A stretch of DNA of 63,797 nucleotides, counting the filler, from Octopus bimaculoides (Eukaryota): the NCBI RefSeq assembly GCF_001194135.2. It is 4 parts of 4 records of this genome, joined end to end, with 100 filler letters (N's around TTAATTAATTAA, not from the genome) between each part and the next. Parts side by side here need not be neighbours in the genome. Positions count along the whole stretch, not along the records: positions 5,999 to 34,836 come from NC_068983.1; 3 more parts are not named here. One strand, given 5' to 3'. Shown here piece after piece: positions 16,101-29,265 of this stretch (its first letter is position 1; each line of letters starts with the position of its first letter). A program made the position numbers and the translations under genes. The notes under the pieces were generated by a model. That model made no database searches. It was given only the letters and a program-made list of their open reading frames with translations, and was not told the origin of the DNA.

Positions 16101-16673
16101 ATCAATATTTAACACGACATGTCCAAGTTAACAACCGATCAGCATTCATTTTTACTTTCTCATTAAGTCATCAATTTGGTTAACACACTGCTAACAGTAA
16201 AACGATATCTATAATATACAGAGCAAATATAAAACATAGGTAACGAAACAAACATAAAATATTTACATTCTCTTGTGTTTGTTGATGAAATTATGTCGTC
16301 TACTATCTATAATTGATAAACATGAGACAGTATATCGTCAGCTCAATATATCTTTTCCGTTAATATTTTTATCCATTAAAGGACGTACTACAACGGAACC
16401 GAACAAATGACGCTGTTCAACAAATCGACGTAATCACCCATGCACATTTTACTCTCGCTCCTTTTATCTGCGTTACCCATACGCTATATCACTTTACTCC
16501 CTCCAGTATGGTCCCTTTAAGGAATATACCTAGACAGTTGTTTACGCACAAGTCAGCAATACTAATGCCCTGGGTCCCACTTACACACGAGTACACTTGC
16601 TCACGCCTACATTTGCAAAGATAAATAATAATGACTTCATATGTATATATTATACAATAGGTGCATATCATGT

Positions 16674-16726
<53 letters not shown>

Positions 16727-18075
16727 CATACATACATATACATGTGTGTATATGTATATAGAGAGATATATTAAAAAATCATATATATATATTTAAAAGC
16801 ACAACTCCATATGCGGGGAAAGCTCACGTATAAGCTTTGTAGGTTTTCTCAGAGTAGGGGCATTTAGCATTTGGAATCCAACAGGAATATTTCCATAGTT
16901 TTGATGCAAAGTCGGAAGCCATTGAATTCCATGCCTGTGTTTTAGTCTTAATCTCTTGTTGTATTACAATTAATAATTTGTTGTTTGTCCTTGAAGAACA
17001 AGAGCAAGCACATCTTTCCTCGTTTCAATCATGCTTGTAAAATTCAAATAGTAAATATATAGCCGTTGCATTAGCACAGACTTTCGTTCGTATCGTTGTT
17101 AACCTGGGTGTTATTGTTACTGTTGCAGCTGTTGTTATTTCTGATGCAATTCCATGTGTCACTTACGCCACTTAAGTTAATCTCTATGTTACTGCCTCTT
17201 TTATTATCGTTATCGCTCTGGCGTATTGCATTTGTTATTTTAGATATTGACCTTGTTCCGTGTCATCAATCCATGTCTTATCATCATCATTATCTCACCA
17301 TCATCATCACCAACGCAACCATCATCATCATCATCATCGTCATCATGAACATCATTATTGTTATTTTACGTTTATGCTAACCGTAAAGCTCACGCAATGC
17401 TTAAGAAACAACGTGCCTCCTCAGAATAATAGTTATTCCAGTGAGAATAGATTTTTAGAGCGTTCGCATGTATTTCGTAATGCACGAGCATCTTAGTTGG
17501 TACTATAGTTTTGAAAACATTGCTTTTTTTTTTAGAATACGTCCACCGTCTTCTAATGCCGTCAAGGTCGACAGGTCTTTCATTGTTTCGTGGGCGATAA
17601 AATAAGTATCAGTTGAGCACCGGAGCTGATGTAAGCTACTAGCCTTTTCCCAAAAGAATTCCAGGTAAATTGGAAGAATAGTTAAAACGGCAGACAATAT
17701 GCTTGGCGGTATTTTATACGTGTTTACGATCTGGGTTCAAATTCCACCGAGGTCGAGGATGCTTTTCTTTCTTCTGGGGTCGATGAAATAAATACTAGCT
17801 GCGCACTGGGATCGATGCGATCAACTAACACTTCCGTCCAAAATTCCAGGCTTTGTGCTTATAGTTGAACGGATTATTATTATTGTTACTGTTGTTGTTG
17901 TTGTTGCTGTTGTTGTTATTAGATAATAAGAAGAGCGCGTTACGATTTGAAATAAATTGTTTATTGATCCAAACCGTTAAATAAACAATCTATTACAAAT
18001 CTTATAGGGTGCTTCTTCTTCTCTATTTACTTTCGTGAAGCATCGTCAATCTTTATAAATTATTATTATTATTAA

Positions 18076-18138
<63 letters not shown>

Positions 18139-18164
18139 CATTATTATTATTATTATTATTATTA

Positions 18165-18560
18165 TTGCTCCGTCGCCCGCCTTCAATCGGGTAGGCAAGG
18201 CAGTTGTCCATTGCCTGGTGGCTGTGGCGAAGGAGGTTGCTTGGTGGACAAGGCTGAAAGGCATGAGGACAGATACATTATTCCTTAGCAGATCTCCCAA
18301 TTGACTTCTTCAAGGTTAACTTCTAAATGAAACTGATGGTGGAGAGAAAAGTGTTGCCCTCGTGTAAGTTTATTCAGAGGTGTGTGAAAGTTGCGAAAAT
18401 GGCAAGAGTGTATGGTACCTCTCTAAGTATAGACCTGTGAGTCGGAGAGAAGGAATTGGAGAGGGCACTTGCTCTTGGTGTTCAGGGAAATCTCGGACAG
18501 TGGGGTTCTTCGATTATCCTTAGAGATCATTATGTATCAGAAGGGCTGCATCTCTATCAT
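18165..18560 (-). mobile_element. Probable LINE 3' remnant ending in an (AAT)n tail (18060-18165)
   Basis: GC-richer block abutting a long (ATT)n tract, with weak similarity to the same LINE terminal motif. Heavily decayed. Confidence 0.3.
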
Positions 18561-20435
18561 CACTGCCTGTTTTTTTTTTTCTAACCTTTGTATGCAATGT
18601 ATATCTCCCTTCCTTTTCATTATACACCGGGTATACTTGCTTTTTTTTGTTACTTATTTAGTCATTTTGTCATTGCGTTATGTGTAAACTCCAACACTTT
18701 ATGTCTGTCTTTGTATTGTCCCCTTCATCCTTCGCCCTGGTGTCAAATAGATAAAATCTTTATCATTATTATTATTATTGACATCATCGTGTATAGACGT
18801 TTACTGACATCTTGGAGATGGTTCTTTGAAAATCTGGAGCCCAGTATGCTTTGTGTATGTATTGTTGTAAGCTTGTGACTTTCGAATATTCTGATGTCTT
18901 ACTCATTAACCAGCGTTGAGGAAATGTTTGCCGTTTAGAAAAATACTTTCCTTACTGTCTTTAAATTGTTTTTAAATTTACTATTAATTTAACTCGGTTC
19001 AGCTTTCAGTTTCTGTAACAAGAACTGGTACAGAACAGCGCCGTTCACACACTCGATGGTAACGGGAGTTCTTCTTTAAATTTTACAACGTTCGCTAATA
19101 AAAGGTAAACAAATGATAAAGTAGATATATTTGCATAAGCAGATTCAGTAGACATTTATATTTTTACAAATAATAAGCAATAACGGTAATTTTTCAAGTG
19201 ATGCTAATTTTAAAGCATTGCTCGCTAAAGAACAGTTTTCGGACGACGGAAGGATCTTTGTGAGATTACTAATTCCAAGAACGTACAAATAGGAAAGTGG
19301 GTTACTTCAGTTTCTCCAAAATCAGACACGTCTATCATTATCTTCAAAATAAAGTTACAAAAGGCCCTAATCTATTTATTTTATGATGTTTGTTCCTTTA
19401 ACCGAGGAAGGGTATATGGAATTATTTGCTTAATATACAATGATGCGTTGAAGCATCACACATCTACCCACAGGCTTGCTCCGCTAAACCTCGAGCGACA
19501 GAATACCAAAATTACATTGTTCTCAAATTTGGGTCATGTAAGTACGGGCATGTGATGAACATAGATGTAGCAATTTACAATAAGTGGGCAGGTGACATTC
19601 AAAGTTTCGTAGACACTATAAACCAAACATCTTTTCCGGAGATGTACTCCATTCTGGAGTAAGAAACGAAAGATAGCGATTAGATTGGAGACACAGGCTA
19701 GAAAGTTCAGTTGCTTTGCACGGAGAAGTACGAGTTGCAACTTCGCGACTTTGAGAGCAGCAAAGCTAGGGAAACTGAATGAAAAAATATTACAGACAAC
19801 AGCAGAGCCCTATAAAAAACCCCTCTCATCTATTGGTTCTAGAATACCTTAAGTGCCAGTTTCTAAGAAAGTAAAGGAGAAATGAGAAGTGAAAAGTAAG
19901 CTCTGATTCACACAAAACTGATAACGAGGAAATTGTCTCCATTCCCGATTACATGAAATGTAAGACCCTTCAAAGAACCAACGAAGAACTAATGGATACT
20001 AATGTCCGTTCGAAAAGAACAGCCATGTTGAAGTGACNNNNNNNNNNNNNNNNNNNNNNNNNNNNNNNNNNNNNNNNNNNNNNNNNNNNNNNNNNNNNNN
20101 NNNNNNNNNNNNNNNNNNNNNNNNNNNNNNNNNNNNNNNNNNNNNNNNNNNNNNNNNNNNNNNNNNNNNNNNNNNNNNNNNNNNNNNNNNNNNNNNNNNN
20201 NNNNNNNNNNNNNNNNNNNNNNNNNNNNNNNNNNNNNNNNNNNNNNNNNNNNNNNNNNNNNNNNNNNNNNNNNNNNNNNNNNNNNNNNNNNNNNNNNNNN
20301 NNNNNNNNNNNNNNNNNNNNNNNNNNNNNNNNNNNNNNNNNNNNNNNNNNNNNNNNNNNNNNNNNNNNNNNNNNNNNNNNNNNNNNNNNNNNNNNNNNNN
20401 NNNNNNNNNNNNNNNNNNNNNNNNNNNNNNNNNNN

Positions 20436-20473
<38 letters not shown>

Positions 20474-20509
20474 GCACTCACACACACAGACATATGTGTA
20501 TATATATAA

Positions 20510-20560
<51 letters not shown>

Positions 20561-22425
20561 TTTATATATATATATATAAACACACACACACATGTACACA
20601 CACATACACACATATATGCACGTATGGATATACGTATGTATTTATATATTACAATTTATCTGTATTTCTAGAATTTTGCAACTTCCCATGTCTTAATATA
20701 CATAATATATTGTGTATGCGCGTTTATATACGTATATTCCGTAGCCTCATTCTGACACATTTCCCATTAATGAAAAATGCCCTTATGGAATATAAATTGA
20801 AAATCTTTTTGTTGATTTTGTTGTCCTTGTGGTAGTTGTCACAGTTGTCGTTATCGTCGTCGTCGTCATCAACATTATCATCATCGTCATGCCTGTGTTA
20901 ATTATTGTTTTGATTGACTCATTCTCTTCTTTTTCTTTTTCCCGTTGCATATTTATAACCATTGCTCGTGTTATAAGCTTGTGTATTTTCACCATTCTAT
21001 ACTCAACACTGTTTATATTTTGCACTAAAGATTAAGGTTGGTGATTTTCTGACTGCTTCAGTTTTCCTCCTTTGTTGATCATGTATTATATGTGTTTATA
21101 TTATAGAATGATATTTATTTTGTTTTTTATTTTCATGCAGATTTCCTTGATAATATATTTGTGTTTTGAAATTTATCGTCAGTCACTTGATGCTTGAGTG
21201 TTCAGTATGATGATCACCGTTTAAATTGAAAATGTTCGTTTTTTTTTTATTTTTTTAGTTTTAGTTTTGCTAAGTTGTAACTTTATTGCTGTTTGTTTGG
21301 CAGTTTTGCTTAGTTGTAACTAGAAGTTATTTAGCGCGTATACTTGTTGTTAAATAACTGTGTTAACGAGATTTATACAAGAAATGTATGGAAGGATTTA
21401 AGTGTAACGTCGTTAATAGTTACAAGTATTGGAAGTTACATATATAACTCGTGTGCATTTCAGTATATAGTACGGTGTAGTGGATGTAGTTCATGTAATA
21501 CATTGCTGCATACAGTATAATAAAGTAAAAACGTAGAAAGATTATTATTGTCCTGTGTAATGCATCGAATAATGTATAATAATATTGAAATACCAAGGTT
21601 GAAACTGGTAGGGGAGTTGTGTATATTTTGTGGAGTCTATTGTAATGCGTAAAGATTTTCCAATATTTTAATGCTTCTAGCAGATCCAGGTTGTTATCTC
21701 AAGGCTCAAACTACATTTCCCATATTCCAATATTTCCATATTTAATATATATATTCATAGATATAATGTTTGGCATGGCACAGGCTGTAGTCATTACTAC
21801 TACTGTTCTAGTTGCCAGACTAATCTTGTTCTGTATGTTTCTTTATTTTCTTCACACACTTTAATTTATTATCGTCTGAGCTGTATAGTATGTTGTTTTT
21901 TTTTTTACAATTTTTCATGATTCATCCTCATGCATTTTATTATTTATTTGCGAGTTTTGCCCAAAAGATATTATTAATAGTATAATTGCTTACATGGGTT
22001 GCATATAATTTTTCGTTATTTACAATGTTTTTAGACTCCATGCCGCTTTTGTTATTGAAAAAAAAAAAAGACAAAAATCTGATATTTGTGTTTACGGTAA
22101 TATCTACAATTATAGTATATACAGCTGATACCGGATGCAAAAGTGATAATCTACGATTTTACGCGTCGAAACGTCACGAGATTGTGGAAAATGATTGGCG
22201 GAATGATTTCCAGAATGAAAAAAAAGTGATTTTCATTCAGACATTTTACTTCCTATTAGTAGGTATTACCAAATAATTATTTTCAAATATTTTTTAATAT
22301 CCACTACGTTATTGTTGTGAGTGTGTGTATGTTCGTATGTAGNNNNNNNNNNCATATATACATATATGTATATACATACTAATGTATGTGTATGTATATA
22401 TGTATGTATATATACATATATAGAA

Positions 22426-22504
<79 letters not shown>

Positions 22505-22849
22505 CATTGAAACATGTTAGTATGTAGGTATTTGTGATATATGGATGTAAAGGCATATATTTTTTGTCACAGTAAACGTGCACATATAATTGCATATGAT
22601 TCAATGTATATCTATACATATATGCATAAGCATATGCTTATAGTTAATGAACATATGTGTATGTGTATGTGCGTGTGCATGTGTGTGTTGGCGTATGGAT
22701 GTATATTATACATATGTAAATATATATACATACATATGTGAGCATATATATATATATTACATAGAGATAGATATATAGATGTACGTATGTATATGCATAT
22801 ATATATGAATATATATGTATATATATATATATGTATATATTTATATATA

Positions 22850-22891
<42 letters not shown>

Positions 22892-23199
22892 ACTTATCTT
22901 GTATATGTATCGCGTATGTGAAAGTTCATATAATGTATGCATACAGATTACAGTTTTGCATGTATATATATAAGTACATACTGATAGATAGATATATATA
23001 TACATAGGTAGATAGATAGATACATATATACATATATATATANNNNNNNNNNNNNNNNNNNNNNNNNNNNNNNNNNNNNNNNNNNNNNNNNNNNNNNNNN
23101 NNNNNNNNNNNNNNNNNNNNNNNNNNNNNNNNNNNNNNNNNNNNNNNNNNNNNNNNNNNNNNNNNNNNNNNNNNNNNNNNNNNNNNNNNNNNNNNNNNN

Positions 23200-23247
<48 letters not shown>

Positions 23248-23395
23248 ATGTGTATATATATATTTACATATCTATATATGTATGTATTGTATGTATCTAC
23301 AATTTGCTTCAATATTAACCTTATGTGCGTTCAATATAATAGTAATGCGTTATACCATAAACAAATATTATTTTCACACATACTATGATTTAATC

Positions 23396-24030
23396 CTAAA
23401 GACCTCCACCGTCATCATCTGTTACCAAAAGAGGCACAATGACCAAAATCCCAACAACTGTGCTGATTGTAATAAATAGGAAAGTCCAGAATAGTAATTT
23501 GTCAATGACGAGTGCCACTTGTTTCCATTCGTCCATAATTGCAGTTTGATTGTCTTCTTCGTCGCTTTTAGCAACCAGAAGCCTCAAATACTTGAGAGCC
23601 TCCTCTGAGAAAAATGATCGACGATCGTGCTCCGGAAGGTCACTCCCGTTGTCTCCGGCGAAAGGGTTCTGCGCTCTCGTACTGGAAAACTCTGTCCTTA
23701 TATCTGATAACATTCCAATTTCCCTTCTATATGGTTTCGGATTTGTTGAAACACTCACCTCGTTCATTAACTTCGTACACATCTCAGTCGGGTCGGCAAG
23801 TCTCTCAGCAGCAGCAGCGCTTGGTTTCATGTTGACTCGACGACGTCGGGAGAACCGACATACAGGTTTGCAGCGACATCGTAGGAAACTCGATAGGCCT
23901 TTCAAAACGAAACGCCGCACCCACGGTGGGACCTCACGCTGATTCGGGACGCAGTGGTGAAGTTTCATTACCATTACTGATAAAACTACAGACACCGATG
24001 ACATGGCCATTGAGACGGTTAGATAAATAC
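23396..24030 (-). CDS. Same nAChR-like subunit, terminal coding exon: M3, intracellular loop, MA helix, M4, stop
   Basis: Acceptor ttttttccgcAG|GT-ATT-TAT completes the split Gly codon from the upstream exon (intron 24031-27412). It reads (G)IYLTVSMAMSSVSVVLSVMVMKLHH...EVPPWVRRFVL...DEWKQVALVIDKLLFWTFLFITISTVVGILVIVP...GGGL, with TAG at 23396-23398. EW..VA.VID.L pre-M4 motif present. Confidence 0.96.
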
Positions 24031-24894
24031 CTGCGGAAAAAAAAAGACATAAAATGTTATTATGTATGTAAAAAATATAATAAAAATGCTATCAAATACA
24101 CTACAAAAAACTTCATATTTTTTAGCGATGGCTTCAAACTGGGTACTAGGCAAACATTTTAGTCCATACACGTGGATGGTGTGCTGGCATAATCAATAGG
24201 ATAACAGCCAAAATAGTAGATGGCATTTAATTTCGTCCCTTTGCGATCTAAGTTCAAAAGTATCGAAAGTTACCGGATCAATAAATTTATGCCTCAGTCA
24301 AGTACAATATTCAATTTAATCACTCTTTAGTGTGTGTGTGTGGCCTTGTGGTAATACCAGAAATTACTACAGAGTTAAGGAGTGTACAGTATTTGATTCT
24401 GATCCAACATGGCGTCTCCGTAGATAACACTCCTGTTCAATAGTAATTATTACTAAATCCTCACATACTTACTCTCATTGCTCTAACTCTAATACACACA
24501 CACATGCTTGTTTGTGTGTGTACGTACATATAATTAAATACGTGTGTTTATCTTTCTGTAATAATAACAGTTAGAAATTTTCCATATCAATTATACCTGC
24601 TAATTGTAGTCTAGACCCAGACTAATAATTCAAATTATTATTCACATGTAATAAGTTTAAAACGCTAAACATATGACAGATGTGATTATAATTTTCCCCT
24701 GAAAATGTAGATAAATATACACCACAATTCTGTGTTATGTGTATGTGTACTGTCTATAGTAATTGGGGAATTTAATTACAATATGCAAACATACAAAGAG
24801 ATGTAAAACTAATTAGAGTAGAATTTATTAAGACAATTATTTCCAAAAATGTTTAGCGTCAGTTGAAATGTTTGTTATTATATATGTATGCTAT

Positions 24895-25265
24895 TCTTTC
24901 CTTTATTTGTTTCAGTCATTTGACTGTGGCCATGCTGGAGCACCACCTTTAGTCGAGCAAATCGACCCCAGAACTTCTTCTTTGTAAACCTAGTACTTAT
25001 TCTGTCGGTCTCTCTTTTCGAACCGCTAAGTGACTGAGACGTAAACATACCAGCATCGGTTGTCAAGCGATGTTATGGGGACAAACACAGACACACAAAC
25101 ATATACGACGGGCTTCTTTCAGTTTCCCTCTACCAAATCCACTCACAAGGCTTTGGTCGGCCCGAGGCTATAGTAGGTGACACTTGTCCAACGTGCCACG
25201 GCGTGGGACTGAACCTGGAACCATGTGGTTGGTAGGCAAGGTACTTACCACACAGCCACTCCTGT
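24895..25265 (-). mobile_element. tRNA-derived SINE family B, full-length, in nAChR intron
   Basis: Minus-strand head AGGAGTGGCTGTGTGGTAAG...GGTTCAGTCCCAC (A/B-box-like), then ...GGACAAGTGTCACCTACTATAGCC, and tail GGCGGTGCTCCAGCATGGCCACAGTCAAATGACTGAAAC. Near-identical to the copies at 30520, 43362 and 55427. Confidence 0.9.
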
Positions 25266-26019
25266 GAATGTAGCTACTTATGTACTATAGATTAACGCTA
25301 ATATTAAGAAAAAATTAGAGACGCCGAACTTAAGCCGATATTGTCTTGAAGCTGTAAAAATATTTGAGCTCAACATTGTAACCTCTTCACTGTAACATAT
25401 ATATTTATTGTGCCTAGCTGTAGTTTATTAGATTTTGGTAGCCTTAATAAAGTATTTTTTGGCTGTATAATTAATGATAATTTGCAGGAAATTGTTCACT
25501 ATTAGAATATTTTATTTAGCAGTACAAAACTCCAGATTTCCACTACGGAGAAGATCCTACAGTATATTCTATGTATATATTTATATTTACGCATCTATCT
25601 GTGTAGTCAGTTCAAACAAAATTCCGGTCTCTATCATGGCAGCGGGAACTAGAGTTTGTTGTCTGTATATGTAAATATTTATACTGCAATTTATATGTAT
25701 CTATTTGTACTATAGTTTCATCTCTGTTAACATCAGTCCATCCTGCATTATAATTTTGCTTGTCCCAGTTTATCATGAATTGAGACAAAAGCATAAAAGT
25801 GGACTTGAAATTGATTAGCTCTTTCTAAGAAACTAGAAAGCCGAAACCAACATAGTATGTTTCTCGGGAGGAACGCTCCATACAGACACAAATAAATACA
25901 TTAATAGAAAAGTTGTTGTTACATAAAATTAAAAAAAAGTATGTCAATTATCAACTATAATATTTAATACTTAAATGTCTAGACTAAAGATGCAACATTG
26001 AATTTATTCATTTCTTTGC

Positions 26020-26094
<75 letters not shown>

Positions 26095-26539
26095 CGAACA
26101 AGCAATTAGACAATAAGTGTAATATATAATATGCCCGAGAATAGTAGCCATAACGAGAAAAAGCTGGAATTAACGGAGATGAAATTACATCTAAATGTCT
26201 ATAAACAATACCAAAAGTAACAGTGGCCACCATGACATTAATCATGGCAAGAAAATATCAGATAGTATTTCATGTGCCTTGAGATTTCTAGGAGAATATT
26301 TTTAAAAATTAATTCTAATGTGCATTTAATTCAAGAAGATATTTATCTTTGTGGCAATTATATATTACTAAAAGCCATTATTTTATATTCATTTATGTAC
26401 AGTCTCTCATTGCAACATTTAAGTAGACATTATGTGTATGAGATTGTGTGTGCATGTTGGGGACTCTGAGTGTGTTTGTCTAATTTTGTGCGTGTATATA
26501 TGGCATTTATATGCTGAGTCCGGAGATAGGGGTTGTGGC

Positions 26540-26950
26540 CATTCTCTGCGCAGGATCCCCTAGACCGGTGAGATTCATGTTATTAATTTTGTCCTTGAAA
26601 TTTTGCAAGTCAAAACCTGCACGAAATGCATGAGCACAGAGGGTGTTCCAGAGATCGAACGCTATGGAAAATGAAGGAATTGCTTCAGTGTTTGATACGG
26701 GTAATGGAATGGGTAAGTAGTTTGTGCGTACGTGTGCAGGTACATCCCTTTCAAATTATTCCTACAGATTTTCTATAGAATTTAATGCCAGGACTGAAAG
26801 TTACGGTGTTTCGTACACGAATACATCTATGTAAGCAATGCGATCGTAGGTAGGAAAATAGGCAATGGGTGTCTTTGCATATTTCAGGAGTTATTGCTCC
26901 TTCCTCAGCGCCACATCCAACCCGCTTACCATCCAAGAACACATTCCTTA
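26540..26950 (-). mobile_element. CR1/Jockey-group LINE 3' remnant inside the nAChR intron
   Basis: Reads SNSFIFHS, then after a shift LWNTLCAHAFRAGFDLQNFKDKINNMNL, matching the NSF...LWN.LP...F...DL..FK..IN terminal motif. Locally higher GC. Confidence 0.5.
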
Positions 26951-27412
26951 AATAGCCACTAAGTTTAGTGGGGCTACACTATTGCAACGACCAAACAACA
27001 TTCCTGGCAACACGTACGTACATATTAATTGCATACATATAAAACATTGTCTTTCATTTTGCAACCATAATATATTACTAAGTATATTAAAGGTTTTATA
27101 AGTTTATACTCAGTACTACTTTTTGTGTTAGCAGTGCGATTCAGTCACGTTTATATTATAGTTTCAAAACGAAATACGTTATCCCTACCAGCAATTAAGA
27201 TGCATGTATGGATGTATGTATATATGTGTATATATATACACGCACACACATATATATATATACACACATACTTACACACTTATATATGTACACTCACATA
27301 TATACATATCTATATATGTATATATATATATATGTGTGTATGTGTATGTATATGTATATATTACAACAAACATTTCTTTATAAAAAATATTTTATATAAG
27401 AAGCATAATTAC

Positions 27413-27948
27413 CAATGAGAGGTACAAATTCCGATGTGGGTGGCATACTGTCAGCTACAAGTAGCATGAAGACTGAGTACGATAGAAGAACTGTGATGCC
27501 GAGAGTCATTTTCTCACCGGCGTCTGGTGGAAGGGCAAAGTTTAACACACTTAGTATGTTTAGCCAGAAACATGGAGCAATAATGTTTAGCACGTAGTAC
27601 AGAACTCTGCGACGAATGACCAAAACAACGGTAACGTCGGGATACACGGCGTCACCGATTGGGTACACTGTCTCATTACGAACAATTTCAAACCTGCTTA
27701 GTCGCCACTCTCCATTTGTCACATAACTTGACACGTCAACGAAATCAGCCTGGTTGAGAAGATCAACTTGAGCCTTGTCATATGTCCATGAACCAAATTT
27801 CAGTTTGCATATTTGTGTATCGAAAGGAAAATATGTAATGTCCACTTTACATGAGCTTCGTAGCCGCACGGGTGGTGACCAGAATACATTTCCGTTATCA
27901 TGTACCATTGCATTCACATTCATAAATCCAGTTGTGTAATCGTCAGCA
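27413..27948 (-). CDS. Nicotinic acetylcholine receptor-like (Cys-loop pLGIC) subunit, penultimate coding exon: ligand-binding domain C-terminal half, M1, M2, start of M3. Alpha9/alpha10-like, non-alpha (no vicinal CC)
   Basis: Acceptor tttatttcAG|T-GCT-GAC-GAT (phase 2) and donor ATT-G|GTAATT (phase 1) bound a 536-nt exon. It translates to ADDYTTGFMNVNAMV...SSCKVDITYFPFDTQICKLKFGSWTYD...GEW...RNETVYPIGDAVYPD...RRRVLYY...PC...LPPDAGEKMTLGITVLLSYSVFMLLVADSMPPTSEFVPLI(G). This includes the C-x13-C Cys-loop, loop-B WTYD and the GEK pore motif. Confidence 0.96.
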
Positions 27949-29230
27949 CTGAAATAAAGGCAAAAAGAAAATAAAGTATTGTACTAATGTTAAGGTTATT
28001 AAACAATAATGTTTTAATTTGGTACGTAGCTACATTTGACATAAATATACATAGTAATAAACTGTGAATTATTGTATTGTCGCCAAGAGCATTAAAGAAG
28101 AGGCCAACATTATAACGGTTTGAAAACAAATGAAAACAACTAAATTATTTACCTTAGTGTTTCACCGGCCACATATCTGGTAAATGCCTATTTTTGATTT
28201 TTTATGTTGTTTTGTTTTAGGTTAGCAATTCTCTTGGGACCATTGATCATTATACGTTAAGTGAAACAGCCTGAAATCAAAAAGACTCTGCACAACTAGT
28301 ACTAATGCGTTCCCCACATCACAAATCAATACTGGTTTCTTTTTATTTACTCCGATGTATCATATTTTTGAAAAGTGTTCATTTTGATGTTACAATGTGC
28401 GCCAACAAGTACTAAAGCAGAACACCTGCAATTACTGTAATAGCTTGCAATACGATATTTGAAGATTCCGATAATTGTTCTTACGCATATATTACTTTCA
28501 AAAGATAAACATAAATTTCTTAATTCTGAAATTATCGATGAGAAAAGTTTTAACATTTCTTTATTGCAAAAAGCCTTAGTGATTCATAATCACTAGCTGC
28601 ATACTCATTACCTGAGGTGAGTATTCCTCATTCCATAATACAAATTACCATACAATGAACATATATAATAATTTATGAATGAACACAGATTGAGATAAGA
28701 ATATCTATCTTTTCTATTATTCTTCAGAAGTCGACAGCTTAAAATAACAGTCAAGAAATGGTGTTGCTTTAATCTACAATACCCTCGGTCAATATTTGTC
28801 AGTCTTACACTAATGCTAGAAATTAATATCTATTATAAAGTAACAACCACTACTCCATTACTCGCCATTATTTGACCTAATAACACTGTAACAAAACTAA
28901 TACACATGTCTTATAAGACACCAGTAATTCACTGTAATTATTGAATCTCTGTTCCAAATTTTAAGCAAGATATCTATTATTTACTAAATAAATAATTATA
29001 GCTTCCGTGTAAGAAACACAACCTGTAGGCTCCATTCATCATGAAATGCTAATTCGGTCAATAACAGCTAAGCTGATAGCAGTTACATTTCAGCGTAAGA
29101 AAGATAAAAGTTTGATTTCACGAATTTCAAAATTCAGTAGAATATTTACCACTTCAGGCCTTAAACTTTTGCACATGATGAATTGTTTTAACATCATAGC
29201 CGCATTCACATTCTCTCTCCTACTATTTGC

Positions 29231-29265
<35 letters not shown>

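Noticed and set aside
18780-19080. Possible Penelope-like element tail
   Set aside because: Only vague similarity, with no clear GIY-YIG or RT motif.
19430-19660. Plus-strand reading ...QNYIVLKFGSCKYG... resembling nAChR LKFGSW
   Set aside because: No Cys-loop, FPFD, GEW or transmembrane motifs around it; treated as chance.
27654-27665. A-to-I editing restoring the loop-C cysteines
   Set aside because: The codons at the CC positions are ATC and GGT, which cannot become TGY by A-to-G; editing TAC to TGC would give one Cys and remove a key Tyr.
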